In this document: piece by piece, positions 40,725 to 54,800 of the stretch | Position numbering within the stretch: the first letter of the stretch is position 1 | How the letters are laid out: each line of letters starts with the position of its first letter | DNA from: Eledone cirrhosa | Taxonomy: Eukaryota | DNA length: 64,000 nucleotides | NCBI GenBank assembly: GCA_964016885.1 | Contig: OZ024747.1 | Coordinates: forward strand, 59,954,001 to 60,018,000 | Reading direction: 5' to 3' | Notes under the pieces: generated by a model | What the model saw: only the letters and a program-made list of their open reading frames with translations | The model's database searches: none | What the model was told of the DNA's origin: nothing | Program-made: the position numbers and the translations under genes

Positions 40725-40730
40725 GTATCA
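40118..40730. repeat. TA/TATG microsatellite
   Basis: Direct inspection. Confidence 0.95.
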
Positions 40731-40734
40731 ACAT

Positions 40735-41060
40735 ATGGTCTTCCTCTTCTAGTGTGTCCATGTAGGGGCTCCCAAAGGAGCACTGAGTGCAATGTCAACT
40801 CTGGATGTCGGTGAGCATGTCCAGCCAACCTCAGTCTCCTCTGTGTCACTTTTGAGCTGACTTTTGGGATGCTCCCATACAGCTCTGAGTTTTTCATCCT
40901 CAGTGTATACTGATTAATGTTCAGAGCCATCCTCAGCATTCTCGTGTAGCACCCATCCACCATCTGGTCTGTTGGAGATGCAGGATATGGCAGCGATAAT
41001 GAGGGACAGAGACCGCTGGAGAGAACTCGTCCATGGATCTCGGGAATTTTACCCGCCTTA
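40735..41060 (-). mobile_element. RTE-clade LINE fragment (separate family)
   Basis: [37 protein letters not shown]. Confidence 0.88.
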
Positions 41061-41436
41061 GATAGATAGATATATGTATATGTATATATGTGTATATATA
41101 TATATATGTATATGTATATATGTGTATATGTATATGTATATGTGTATATGTATATATATATATGTGTATATGTATACATTTATATGTATATATGTGTATA
41201 TGTATATATATATATGTGTATATGTATATATATATACATGTATATGTATACATTTATATGTATATATGTGTATATGTATATATATAAAACATGTATATGT
41301 ATACATTTATATGTATATATGTGTATATGTATATATATATACATGTATATGTATACATTTATATGTATATATGTGTATATGTATATATATATGTATATGT
41401 ATATATGTGTATATGTATATATATATGTATATGTAT

Positions 41437-42830
41437 GAGAGAATTGACCTAGATGAAATGCAGTTCGGGTTTGTGTCAGGCAAAAGTACCACAGACCCTC
41501 TTTTCTTTGTACGACAACTACAGGAGAAGTACCTAGCTAAAGGTAAACCCCCTACTTAGCTTTTGTCGACTTGGAGAAAGCCTTCGACAGAGTCCCCCGC
41601 TCCATTATCTGGTGGGCTCTTAGAAAACTAGGTGTTGACGAATGGCTTGTGAGAGCTATACAAGCCATGTATAAAGAAACAGTCAGCAAGGTTAGAATTA
41701 ACAACGAATATAGTGAAGAGTTTAGCGTAAAAGTTGGCGTCCATCAGGGCTCTGTTCTCAGCCCCCTACTATTTATTATTGCCTTTCAGGCTATAACAGA
41801 GGAGTTCAAGACCGGCTGCCTATACGCAGACGACCTGACACTCATAGCGGAATCAATGGCCGAGCTAGAGAAGAAATTCCAAACATGGAAGCACGGCCTA
41901 GAATCAAAAGGACTTAAAATTAACCTGGCTAAGACTAAAGTTCTAGTTTGTAGGAAAGAAAATAAGGCGGCGGTCCCTTCTGGGAAATGGTCGTGCTCGG
42001 GGTATAGGAAAGGCGTAGGTAGAAACTCCATTTTATGTCCTAAATGCAAAGTATGGGTGCATAAAAGATGTAGTGGGATCACAGGTAAGCTAACTAAGAA
42101 CATAGATTTTACATGTGGCCGGTGCTCTGGTGCAATAAGTAGCAGCAAGTGCCCACAAAATACTAGCTCTTTCAATTGAGCAGAGGGTTCTATAGAAATA
42201 GTGGACAGTTTCCGTTACCTGCGTGATAAAATCAGCAGTGGGGGAGGGTGCTCTGAAAGTACAGTAGCTAGAGTCAGAACTGGTTGGAAAAAGTTCAGAG
42301 AGCTTATACCACTATTAGCTGCTAAAGGGTTCTCCCTAAAAATGAAAGGCAGGTTGTACGATGCCTGCATACGAACAGCAATGTTGCATGGCAGTGAGAC
42401 CTGGGCATTGTGTGCAGAGGATATACGCAGACTAGAGAGGAACGAAGCTTGCATGCTCCGCTGGATGTGTAATAGTAATATATGTGAACGGCAAAGCATA
42501 AACGAACTAAGGAAAAAATTCGAGATAAGAGGGATCAGATGTTGTTTACTCGAGAGAAGGCTACGTTGGTATGGACACGTGATGCGCATGAAAGTCGATA
42601 GCTGTATAACAAAGTGCAGGGCAATAAAGATAGACGGTAGCCACGGAATAGGCAGACCTAGAAAAACCTGGGACGAGCTGATAAACTCCGACCTCACACA
42701 CTTACACCTCTCCAAGACAATGTCACTGGACCGAGACCTTTGGCGGTACTCAGTAACAGAGAAGACCCGCCTTACCTAAATACATAGTAAAACCTACTAC
42801 AGCCAGTAGGCATCTCTAACAAAATGCCCC
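41437..42830 (+). pseudogene. 5'-truncated RTE LINE reverse transcriptase with inserted PHD-like finger (frameshift and stop)
   Basis: QFGF..STTD, EKAFDRVPR, GVHQGSVLSP, YADD, FRYL, GSETW, RLRWYGHV. Confidence 0.93.
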
Positions 42831-43111
42831 CCCCCCGTGTATATGTATATATATATGTATATATGTGTATATGTATATATACATGTATATGTATACATTT
42901 ATATGTATATATTTGTATATGTATATATATATATGTATATGTGTATATGTATATATATATATATATATGTATATGTATATATGTGTATATATATATGTAT
43001 ATGTATATATGTGTATATGTATATGTAAAAGATAAACAGAAATAACATAACAAATGTCAAAATACATGGAAGAAATATATTACTTTAACGCTTGAATTAA
43101 AAAGAAGAGAG

Positions 43112-43147
43112 TCTCAACATTTCGAACACTAGTCCCTCATCAGAAGA
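43112..43147 (-). ncRNA. Minimal type I hammerhead ribozyme (candidate)
   Basis: Minus strand: UCUU-CUGAUGA-G-GGAC uagu GUUC-GAAA-UG-UU-GAGA. Confidence 0.65.
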
Positions 43148-43299
43148 TAGTTAAAAATAGAAGATAAATGTATATATGTATAAGTATATATCTATATAAA
43201 TATATATATGTATATATAAATATATATGTATATATATCCCCACCCCAGCCCACTACCCCTACTCCATCCTCCCACTCCCACCACCACCACCCTTTCTCT

Positions 43300-43925
43300 G
43301 TAAAGTTATGTTGGTACCACAGAACATCCAGTCCACACTAAAGAGGTTGTGTAGGTGTCACAACAAAAAGCACCCAGTCCACACTGTAAAGTGGTCGTGA
43401 CAATAAAAGAGGCTCCCGGTCCATACTCTAAATGTGGTTGGTGTTAGGAAGGGCATCCAGCCGTAGAAAACCTGCCAGATACGAGCGAGACACGGTCACC
43501 CGATCAATCTTGCCTCAAGTGGAACAATTCCCATCTAACCCATGCTAGCGTGGAAGATAGATCTTAAACAATGATGGTGTTGATGATGATGATATCATCA
43601 TCATTATCATCATCATCATCATTTTACGTCCTCTTTTCCCTGCTTGCAAGGGTGGGACAGGAACTGATTCTGGCTTGATTTCTACAGCTGGATGCCCTTC
43701 CTAACACCAACCTCATTTACAGTGAGTGCTGGGTGGTTTTTTGCCGTGGCACCTCCACGACCACTTTGCAGTGGAATGATATGGACCCCAGTCCCTATCA
43801 TCTCATTTCTACAGCTGAGTAAACTGGAGCAATGTGAAATAAAGTGTTTTGTTCAAGGAAACAACACACCACCCGGTCTGAGAATTGAACTCACAACCTT
43901 TCGATTGCAAAGCCATGTGCCTCCA
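43300..43925. mobile_element. RTE-tail element (+) tail-to-tail with CORE SINE B (-, 43610-43925)
   Basis: GTTAGGAAGGGCATCCAG motif in both orientations around the (ATG)/(CAT) tails. Confidence 0.8.
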
Positions 43926-44158
43926 TATATATATATATATATATATATGTATATGTATATATTAGTAAAAGTAGAGATCAACCATGAGCTCGTCAGTTTC
44001 AGCTAGTTTGTTGCTAGTCTACTTTTATTAATATACCTACTCTGCATCATACCATGTACCGAGTACTTTATTGATTTGTGATCTTCCCAATCACGGTACC
44101 ATATATTATCAATATATATGATGTCCAAAGTCAAATTTTCGGCTTTTAAGTGCTGATA

Positions 44159-44218
<60 letters not shown>

Positions 44219-44405
44219 ATACATATATGTATATACATATATGTGTATACATATATGTATATATATATATATATGTATATACATATATGTATATACATAT
44301 ATGTATATATATATGTATGTATATATATATGTATGTATATATGTATGTATATATATATGTATATATATATGTATGTATATACATATGTATGTATATACAT
44401 ATGTA

Positions 44406-46030
44406 TTGGACATCCTGCAGGACTAAAAACAAAACCTGTCAAAAGGCAAAGGAGCTCTTAAGAGTCAATGGCCATCCAAAATCACCGGGAGAGATGACCC
44501 CTTAGCCTTTGTCAAGGCAGAATTCTAGGAGAAGGAAAACTCTGATATAACACCTGCAACCCTGATGGTATCCAATGATGTTGACTTGTTCTTCTTTTTG
44601 GTAAATATCATCTTGGTTAAGAGAGTGGGACTGGCTTTGTGCAGTGCCTTTGCTCACTATAAAAGCTTCACGGCACAGGCATTGCTTTATATCTGGAGAT
44701 CTCTCTGCATTTGTCGTCACATGGTACCATGGGCCCAGCACTATGTGTCAATAATTGTCACAAGTGTAGTGTTTGTACCAGAGCTTTCAAGTCGCTGGCT
44801 GGACTAAAAAGTCACACTCGTTCAGCGCATCAGTAGGGGTTCTCCTACATGGATATAAAGTAGTGGCCGTACTCGAAAACGAGTTGGCAGCCACCATATA
44901 TATATGTATGTATATACATATATATGTATATATATTGGTATCCAATGATGTTGACTTGTTCTTCTTTTTGGTAAATATCATCTTGGTTAAGAGAGTGGGA
45001 CTGGCTTTGTGAAGTGCCTTTGCTCACTATAAAAGCTTCACGGCACAGGCATTGCTTTATATCTGGAGATCTCTCTGCACTTGTCGTCACATGGTACCAT
45101 GGGCCCAGCACTATGTGTCAGTAATTGTCACAAGTGTAGTGTTTGTACCAGAGTTTTCAAGTCGCTGGCTGGACTAAAAATTCACACTCGTTCTGCGCAT
45201 CGGTAGGGGTTCTCCTACATGGATATAAAGTAGTGGCCGTACTCGAACTGTATATACATATATATATATATATATGTATGTATATACATATATATACATA
45301 TATATGTATATATATATATGTATGTATATATATATATATATATGTATGTATATATATATATATATATGTATGTATATATATATATATGTATGTATATATA
45401 TATATATGTATGTACATGTATATGTCAGGTCACCAGTTGGTGCTACTGGTAACATGTATCCCAGTACAACCTGTCCCATGGTCGGGTTGTTGGCGACTAA
45501 ACTGGCAACCCCACCAAGGATTCTTGGTGAGGAGGGTGACTTTGGACATCCTGCAGGACTAAAAACAAAACCTGTCAAAGGGCAAAGGAGCTCTTAAGAG
45601 TCAATGGCCATCCAAAATCACCGGGAGAGATGACCCCTTAGCCTTTGTCAAGGCAGAATTCTAGGAGAAGGAAAACTCTGATATAACACCTGCAACCCTG
45701 ATGGTATCCAATGATGTTGACTTATTCTTCTTTTTGGTAAATATCAACTCGGGTTAAGAGAGTGGGACTGGCTTTGTGCAGTGCCTTTGCTCACTATAAA
45801 AGCTTCACGGCACAGGCATTGCTTTATATCTGGAGATCTCTCTACACTTGTCGTCACATGGTACCAAGACCCCAACACTGTGTCAATAATTGTCACAGGT
45901 GTAGTGTTTGTACCAGAGTTTTCAAGTCGCTGGCTGGACTAAAAGTCACACTTGTTTAGCGCATCGGTAGGGGTTCTCCTACATGGATATAAAGTAGTGG
46001 CCGTACTCGAAAACGAGTTGGCAGCCACCA
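44406..46030 (+). mobile_element. Three tandem copies of a non-autonomous RTE-derived element (44406-44896, 44936-45247, 45424-46030)
   Basis: RTE 5'-UTR-like TAGGAGAAGGAAAACTCTGA; 3' C2H2 finger [22 protein letters not shown]; TA spacers. Confidence 0.75.
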
Positions 46031-46114
46031 TGTATGTACATATATATATATATGTATGTACATATATATATATATGTATGTACATATATATATATATGTA
46101 TGTATATATATATA

Positions 46115-46145
<31 letters not shown>

Positions 46146-46156
46146 ATATATGTATG

Positions 46157-46201
<45 letters not shown>

Positions 46202-46214
46202 ATACATCATCATT

Positions 46215-46547
46215 TTTCATCATTTCATTTTACATCCGCTTTTCCCTGCTTGCAAGGGTGGGACGGGAACCGATTCTGGCTTGATTTCTACAGCTGGATG
46301 CCCTTCCTAACACCAACCTCATTTACAGTGAGTGCTGGGTGTTTTTTTGCCATGGCACCTCCACGACCTCTTTGCAGTGAAATGATAGGGACCTCAATTC
46401 TATCATCTCATTTCTACTGCTGAGTAAACTGGAGCAATGTGAAATAAAATGTCTTGCTCAAGGAAACAACACATCACCAGGTCTGAGAATTGAACTCACA
46501 ACCTTTCGATTGCAAGGCCAATGCTCTAACCACTAAGCCATGTGCCC
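46215..46547 (-). mobile_element. CORE SINE family B
   Basis: Full-length family match. Confidence 0.88.
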
Positions 46548-46756
46548 CCAATATATATATATGTATATATATAGGATTGTGAATCCTATATATATGTATA
46601 TACATATATATATATATATATAAATATACGTATATATATATGTATATACATACATATATATATATATATGTATATACATATACATATATATATATATGTA
46701 TATGTATGTATATATATACACATATGTATATGTATGTATATATATACATATATATA

Positions 46757-47345
46757 GGATTCACAATCGTGAGATTGTGAGTTCGATTCGCGGACTGGGT
46801 GATGCGTTATGTCCTTGAGCAAGACACTTTATTTCACATTGCTCCTTTTACTTGGAGTCGCGACTGATAGATAGTATTAGCAACTGGAAAGACTAATGGA
46901 AACATCGTTTCCTCGGTCCGATTTGGCGAAATTCGATCGTTCCTGATATATGTATATGTATGTCATCATCATCATCATCATCATCATCAGGTTTAGCGTC
47001 CGTGTTCCACGCTTGCATGGGTTTGGACGGGGGTTTTCCCACTTGAGGCAAGAGTGGTTGTCTTGCTCGCATAGGACTGTCTGGCGGGTTTTCTACAGTT
47101 GGATGCCCTTCCTAACACCAACCACATTTACAGTGTGGGGCTGGGAGGTTTTTACCGTGTTGCCTACACGGCCACATTACAGCGTGGACTGTCTGGCGGG
47201 TTTTCTACAGCTGGATGCCCTTCCTAACACCAACCACATTTACAGTGTGGGGCTGGGAGGTTTTTACCGTGTTGCCTACACGGCCACATTTACAGCGTGG
47301 ACTGTGTGTTTTTTGTCGTGACACCTACACGATCTCATTTGTTTC
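46757..47345. mobile_element. CORE SINE C fragment (+) and RTE-tail element (-) with an internal duplication of about 110 bp
   Basis: GGACTGTCTGGCGGGTTTTCTACAG..CACATT occurs twice. Confidence 0.75.
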
Positions 47346-47860
47346 GGCCTGGATGTTGTGGGACCAACATAACTTTACATTGAAAGGGGCGGTGTGGGTG
47401 GGGTGGAGGTGGTGGGACGGGGGTGTGTTTTGATAGAGGTGCCTACTGACTGTAGTAGGTTTTTACTTTGTATTTAGGTAAGGCGGGTCTTCTCTATTAC
47501 TAATATATATGTATATATATATATACATATATATTATATGTATGTATATATATATACATATATATGTATATGTATGTATATATATATATACATATATATT
47601 ATATGTATATATATATATATACATATATATTATATGTATGTATATATATATACATATATATTATATGTATGTATATATATATATACATATATGTATATGT
47701 ATATGTATGTCTTTATATATATGTATATATAGATGTAGATATGGCTGTATGTTTAAGTAGGTGTCTAAGCAGCATTATTGATAATGTCTTTTTCTATTAC
47801 CTCAGAAAGACCAATTTCTTGCAAGCAGAATTTGTTAGTCAGAAATTGCAAAAAGCCCAT

Positions 47861-47930
<70 letters not shown>

Positions 47931-48004
47931 CGAAGGAAATGTGGTAAGGAACCAGGTGGACCATAACGCACCAAAGTACTCAATACTTGAGGTAGTAGAG
48001 TGGG

Positions 48005-48131
48005 TAATAGGAACCAGTAAGACCCCGACAGCTGAGCTCAAGCCGTTTCGACGGCTAATTCTGGACTACATTTAGTCCAGAATTAGCCGTCGAAACGGCT
48101 TGAGCTCAGCTGTCGGGGTCTTACTGGTTCC

Positions 48132-48136
<5 letters not shown>
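48005..48136. repeat. Perfect palindrome, 64-bp arms, 4-nt loop
   Basis: TAATAGGAACC...CTGGACTA catt TAGTCCAG...GGTTCCTATTA. Confidence 0.95.
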
Positions 48137-48189
<53 letters not shown>

Positions 48190-48194
48190 TATAA

Positions 48195-48247
<53 letters not shown>

Positions 48248-48884
48248 GAAAAACAAGAAAACACATAGCTATTGGTGTTTTCTTCTCTATATACTATATA
48301 CATACATTAATAAATGGAGATATCCATCCACTTAGTTATGACTTGACAAGATGATTGAAATCTTATTGTGTTGTTACTATTATTAATTATGCAGATCAAA
48401 TAAATCCGAGGTAAAATCCAGGATGTAAGATCCTAAATATTGAAAAATAAGCAGCATCTTAGAGCATCATTATAAACTGAAAGGAGAACAAAGGAATTTG
48501 AAGAGATGAAATATTTTTATTCTACGTACTGTTTCATTAACAAAAAAGTATAATAGAGAATTTTGATTGATTAATTAATTTTCATCAAACTCATCAGGAA
48601 TAATAAATGAGTAAAATTGTCACTTAGATGAGGGGAAAATAATGTATTATGACAAGTAATCCTGCATTAACATGTTAAGTGGTCCAGAGTGTATAAAACA
48701 TATTAATTACATTAAAAAGGTTATTGTTTTTCAAAACAAAAGTAAGATAACCTATATGTATGTATTATAAGTAAATAAGGTGTTTGGCAAGACGTTAACA
48801 AACATTAATTAAGCATTACTTCGCAGTCAAAAACAAAAAATAATATACTAAAGACTGCTAGTCATATATATATATGACTTTATA

Positions 48885-49400
<516 letters not shown>

Positions 49401-49855
49401 ACCTTTATGTGTATGTATATATATATATATATAAAATAAAATAAATAATTCAAATGTTTAAAATCTGCCATGTATATGAAGAAATAGAAGGCAATAAAAT
49501 GAAGAAAACAGAAAATAAATAATAAATAATTAATAGAAAATAAATGAAAAATTAATGAAAATTAATGAAAAATGTGCAGCTCCAGTGCACAACTGGTACT
49601 TTATTTCATCGTCCCCGTAAGGATGAAAGGCAAAGCTAAACTTGGTGGGATTGGAACTCATAATGTAGAGGGCCATAACTAAATGCTGCAAAGCATTTTG
49701 TCCAATGCTCTACCAATTTTTCCAATCCACCTATATATATAAACATCATTGATATTATACTCCAGAAAACTTGTCGAGTGCTTCGAATCTGTTATAAATA
49801 TATATATTTGTTGAATTACCAACAAATTAAATATCCCTTTGCTTATATATATAAA

Positions 49856-50278
49856 CAATAAGTCCCCAACTTACGAAGGCATTACATTCCAAGAGGCTGT
49901 TCGTTTGTTGATTTGTTTGTAAGTTGATCATCTAACACAGTAAGCCCATACATGTTACATTCATACTGCAGGTTTCCATATGAGTGATATATATATAGTA
50001 TATAGAGGTATATATAACATGTAATATAGAGGTATATATATATTGTATATAGAGGTATATATATAGTATATAGAGGTATATATAACATGTAATATAGCAG
50101 TATATATAACATGTAATATAGAGGTATATATACACTATATTGAGGTATATATAACATGTAATAATTAATTTAAATGCTGTAAAGCTAATGACAATAAATT
50201 GTTAAAGAAAAAAGGTTTTTTTCTTTGTGCGTCTGTGGAAGTTCGTCAGTAGGATGTTCATAAGGTGGGGACTTATTG
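49856..50278. mobile_element. Tc1/pogo (Tigger-like) MITE
   Basis: 22-bp TIRs CAATAAGTCCCCAACTTACGAA / TTCATAAGGTGGGGACTTATTG. Confidence 0.75.
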
Positions 50279-50470
50279 CATATATATATAAAATATTAAG
50301 TAAGCAAACTAATCAAAAAGGAGAGGAGAGTGAGTAGCTAAGAAAATTACAAGCCAGTAGAGAGAAGGTTAGTGTGCTCAATGAGTATAGTTTGCAAGAC
50401 ATGCGAAAAAAGTGAGTAATTCGTAGAAATTATGTCTACCAAAATTATTTTAGGCAGAGCAAAAAAGCAT

Positions 50471-50910
50471 GTATTACATGTATGAGAAAACAGCAACAAA
50501 TTTTTGAATATGTATATTTACTGCCTGACAAATAATTTTAGAAGCCGAAAATTAATTTGCACATTGAGTAAGTGATCACTAATCTTAAAATCGATAAACG
50601 TACTGTGAAAACCAATACAATATTCAGCGCCCCCATCAGAACCAAAATTAAAGAAATAAACATTAATTTGAAAAATTATTTACATATCACTGATGAGAGG
50701 ATCTTACAATAAAAGTGAAAGTTGGATAGATATGTTCATCATTTTAAACAGTTTCCCTGAATATTGAATTGGTTTTCATTGTAATGTTTATCGATTTTAG
50801 GATCGGTAATTACTTACTCAATGTGTAAATTAATTTTTCGGTTTCCGAAACAATTTTTCAGCCAGTAAATATACATATTCAAAATTTGTTGTTCTTTTCT
50901 TAGACATGCA
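50471..50910. mobile_element. Foldback/MITE with about 155-bp diverged inverted arms
   Basis: CAACAAATTTTTGAATATGTATATTTACTG..CAATATTCAG versus its reverse complement; followed by a 22-bp tandem (x4). Confidence 0.75.
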
Positions 50911-51824
50911 TATTTCTGATCTTAGACATGCACATTTCTGATCTTAGACATGCATATTTCTGATCTTAGACATGCATATTTCTGAGCTTCTCAGACATGA
51001 CATCTTTAATTTTGTTAGTATATATATATATATAATGCAATATATACTGAGGAATAAACAACATATGCACATATAAACATATGTGTACTTAAGTTTACCA
51101 AGATATACAGCCAACTTAACTCAGACATTGAAATAAGCATAGACTAACATATATAAAATGACATCCTATAGACCTATATGCACTTACAAATATATATAGA
51201 GGGATACATGAATAAAATTAAAAACAAATAGAATTAACCTATATCAGTCATAACTAGAAATCAAGTTACAAGCCGTTTGTGTTTATAATATCTTAGTTTC
51301 ATTATTTAATATTTAGAGCCTAGAGTCAGGTTCAATAGATAAGTCGCATGCAGATTTTCACACTTGATTATTTTTTATTGAAAAACTGACTTATTTGCAA
51401 GTATATATGTTAATTAAAATTTCTACACCTGTGAAATTATAATTGACTTACTGAGAAAAGGAAGATAGAAGATTTGAAAGAGAGAGAGGAAAATATTTAG
51501 GTAAATGAAAAGAGAGAAAAAATATATAGGTAAATAGAGAGAGGGGGAAATATATAGGTAAATAAAGAGAAAGAAGGGGAAAATATATAGGCAAATGGAG
51601 AGAGGAAAAATATATAGTTAAATGAAGAGAGAGAGAGGGGTAATTAAAAACAATGAGGAGGAAGTTGGAAAGACAGGGAGAAAAGAAGAGCAAAGAGAAA
51701 ACCTTGAAGGTGTATGAAAGATGGTGGAATTTCCAAAAGGGAGAGAAAATAGAAACAGATTTGTGTAGTTTTATGTGACAGTAAATAGATTACAACGCTA
51801 ATGACACTGTAATAATACTTACAA

Positions 51825-54800
51825 CACTATTGTCATAGTAACAACACTAATGTCGTAACAACAATACTTATGTCATAGTAACAACAATACTAATGTCACA
51901 GTAACAACAATACTAATGTCGTAGTAACAACAATACTAATGTCATAGTAACAACAATACTAATGTCGTAGTAACAACAATACTAATGTCGTAGTAACAAC
52001 AATACTAATGTCGTAGTAACAACAATACTAATGTCACAGTAACAACAATACTAATGTCACAGTAACAACAATACTAATGTCGTAGTAACAACAATACTAA
52101 TGTCACAGTAACAACAATACTAATGTCACAGTAACAACAACACTAATGTCGTAACAACAATACTTATGTCATAGTAACAACAATACTAATGTCGTAACAA
52201 CAATACTTATGTCATAGTAACAACAATACTAATGTCGTAACAACAATACTAATGTCATAGTAACAACAATACTAATGTCGTAACAACAATACTAATGTCA
52301 TAGTAACAACAATACTAATGTCGTAACAACAATACTTATGTCATAGTAACAACAATACTAATGTCGTAGTAACAACAATACTAATGTCATAGTAACAACA
52401 ATACTAATGTCACAGTAACAACAATACTAATGTCACAGTAACAACAACACTAATGTCGTAACAACAATACTTATGTCATAGTAACAACAATACTAATGTC
52501 ACAGTAACAACAATACTAATGTCACAGTAACAACAACACTAATGTCGTAACAACAATACTTATGTCATAGTAACAACAATACTAATGTCACAGTAACAAC
52601 AATACTAATGTCACAATAACAACAATACTAATGTCATAGTAACAACAATACTAATGTCATAGTAACACCAATACTAATGTCATAGTAACAACAATACTAA
52701 TGTCATAGTAACACCAATACTAATGTCATAGTAACAACAATACTAATGTCACAGTAACAACAATACTAATGTTGTAGTAACAACCATACTAATGTCGTAG
52801 TAACAACAATACTTATGTCATAGTAACAACAATACTAATGTCACAGTAACAACAATACTAATGTCATAGTAACAACAATACTAATGTCACAGTAACAACA
52901 ATACTAATGTCACAATAACAACAATACTTATGTCATAGTAACAACAATACTAATGTCACAGTAACAACAATACTAATGTCATAGTAACAACAATACTAAT
53001 GTCACAGTAACAACAATACTAATGTCACAGTAACAACAATACTAATGTCGTAGTAACAACAGTACTAATGTCACAATAACAACAATACTAATGTCATAGT
53101 AACAACAATACTAATGTCATAGTAACAACAATACTAATGTCATAGTAACAACAATACTAATGTCGTAGTAACAACCATACTAATGTCATAGTAACAACAA
53201 TACTAATGTCACAGTAACAACAATACTAATGTCACAGTAACAACAATACTAATGTCGTAGTAACAACAGTACTAATGTCACAGTAACAACAATACTAATG
53301 TCACAGTAACAACCATACTAATGTCGTAGTAACAACCATACTAATGTCACAGTAACAACAATACTAATGTCACAGTAACAACAATACTAATGTCACAGTA
53401 ACAACAATACTAATGTTGTAGTAACAACCATACTAATGTCGTAGTAACAACCATACTAATGTCATAGTAACAACAATACTAATGTCACAGTAACAACAAT
53501 ACTAATGTCACAGTAACAACAATACTAATGTCGTAGTAACAACAGTACTAATGTCACAGTAACAACAATACTAATGTCACAGTAACAACCATACTAATGT
53601 CGTAGTAACAACCATACTAATGTCACAGTAACAACAATACTAATGTCACAGTAACAACAATACTAATGTCACAGTAACAACAATACTAATGTCACAGTAA
53701 CAACAATACTAATGTCACAGTAACAACAATACTAATGTCACAGTAACAACAATACTAATGTCACAGTAACAACAATACTAATGTCACAGTAACAACAATA
53801 CTAATGTCACAGTAACAACAATACTAATGTCACAGTAACAACAATACTAATGTCGTAGTAATAACAATACTAATGTCACAGTAACAACAATACTAATGTC
53901 ACAGTAACAACAATACTAATGTCACAGTAACAACAATACTAATGTCATAGTAACAACAATACTAATGTCACAGTAACAACAATACTAATGTCACAGTAAC
54001 ACCAATACTAATGTCACAGTAACAACAATACTAATGTCGTAGTAACAACAATACTAATGTCGTAGTAACAACCATACTAATGTCGTAGTAATAACAATAC
54101 TAATGTCATAGTAACAACAATACTAATGTCATAGTAACAACAATACTAATGTCACAGTAACAACAATACTAATGTCACAGTAACAACAATACTAATGTCA
54201 CAGTAACAACAATACTAATGTCATAGTAACAACAATACTAATGTCATAGTAACAACAATACTAATGTCACAGTAACAACAATACTAATGTCACAGTAACA
54301 ACAATACTAATGTCACAGTAACAACAATACTAATGTCACAGTAACAACAATACTAATGTCGTAGTAATAACAATACTAATGTCATAGTAACAACAATACT
54401 AATGTCATAGTAACAACAATACTAATGTCATAGTAACAACAATACTAATGTCACAGTAACAACCATACTAATGTCATAGTAACAACAATACTAATGTCAC
54501 AGTAACAAGAATACTAATGTCGTAGTAACAACAATACTAATGTCATAGTAACACCAATACTAATGTCATAGTAACACCAATACTAATGTCGTAGTAACAA
54601 CAATACTAATGTCACAGTAACACCAATACTAATGTCACAGTAACAACAATGCTAATGTCATAGTAACAACAATACTAATGTCATAGTAACACCAATACTA
54701 ATGTCACAGTAACAACAATACTAATGTCACAGTAACAACAATACTAATGTCGTAGTAACAACAATACTAATGTCGTAGTAACAACAATACTAATGTCGTA

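Noticed and set aside
1082-47887. Numerous CVYI/HTYI-rich ORFs
   Set aside because: Translations of TG/TA/CA microsatellites, which lack stop codons by composition
50688-50732. CTGATGA..GAAA as a hammerhead
   Set aside because: No stem II closure and no stem III/NUH register
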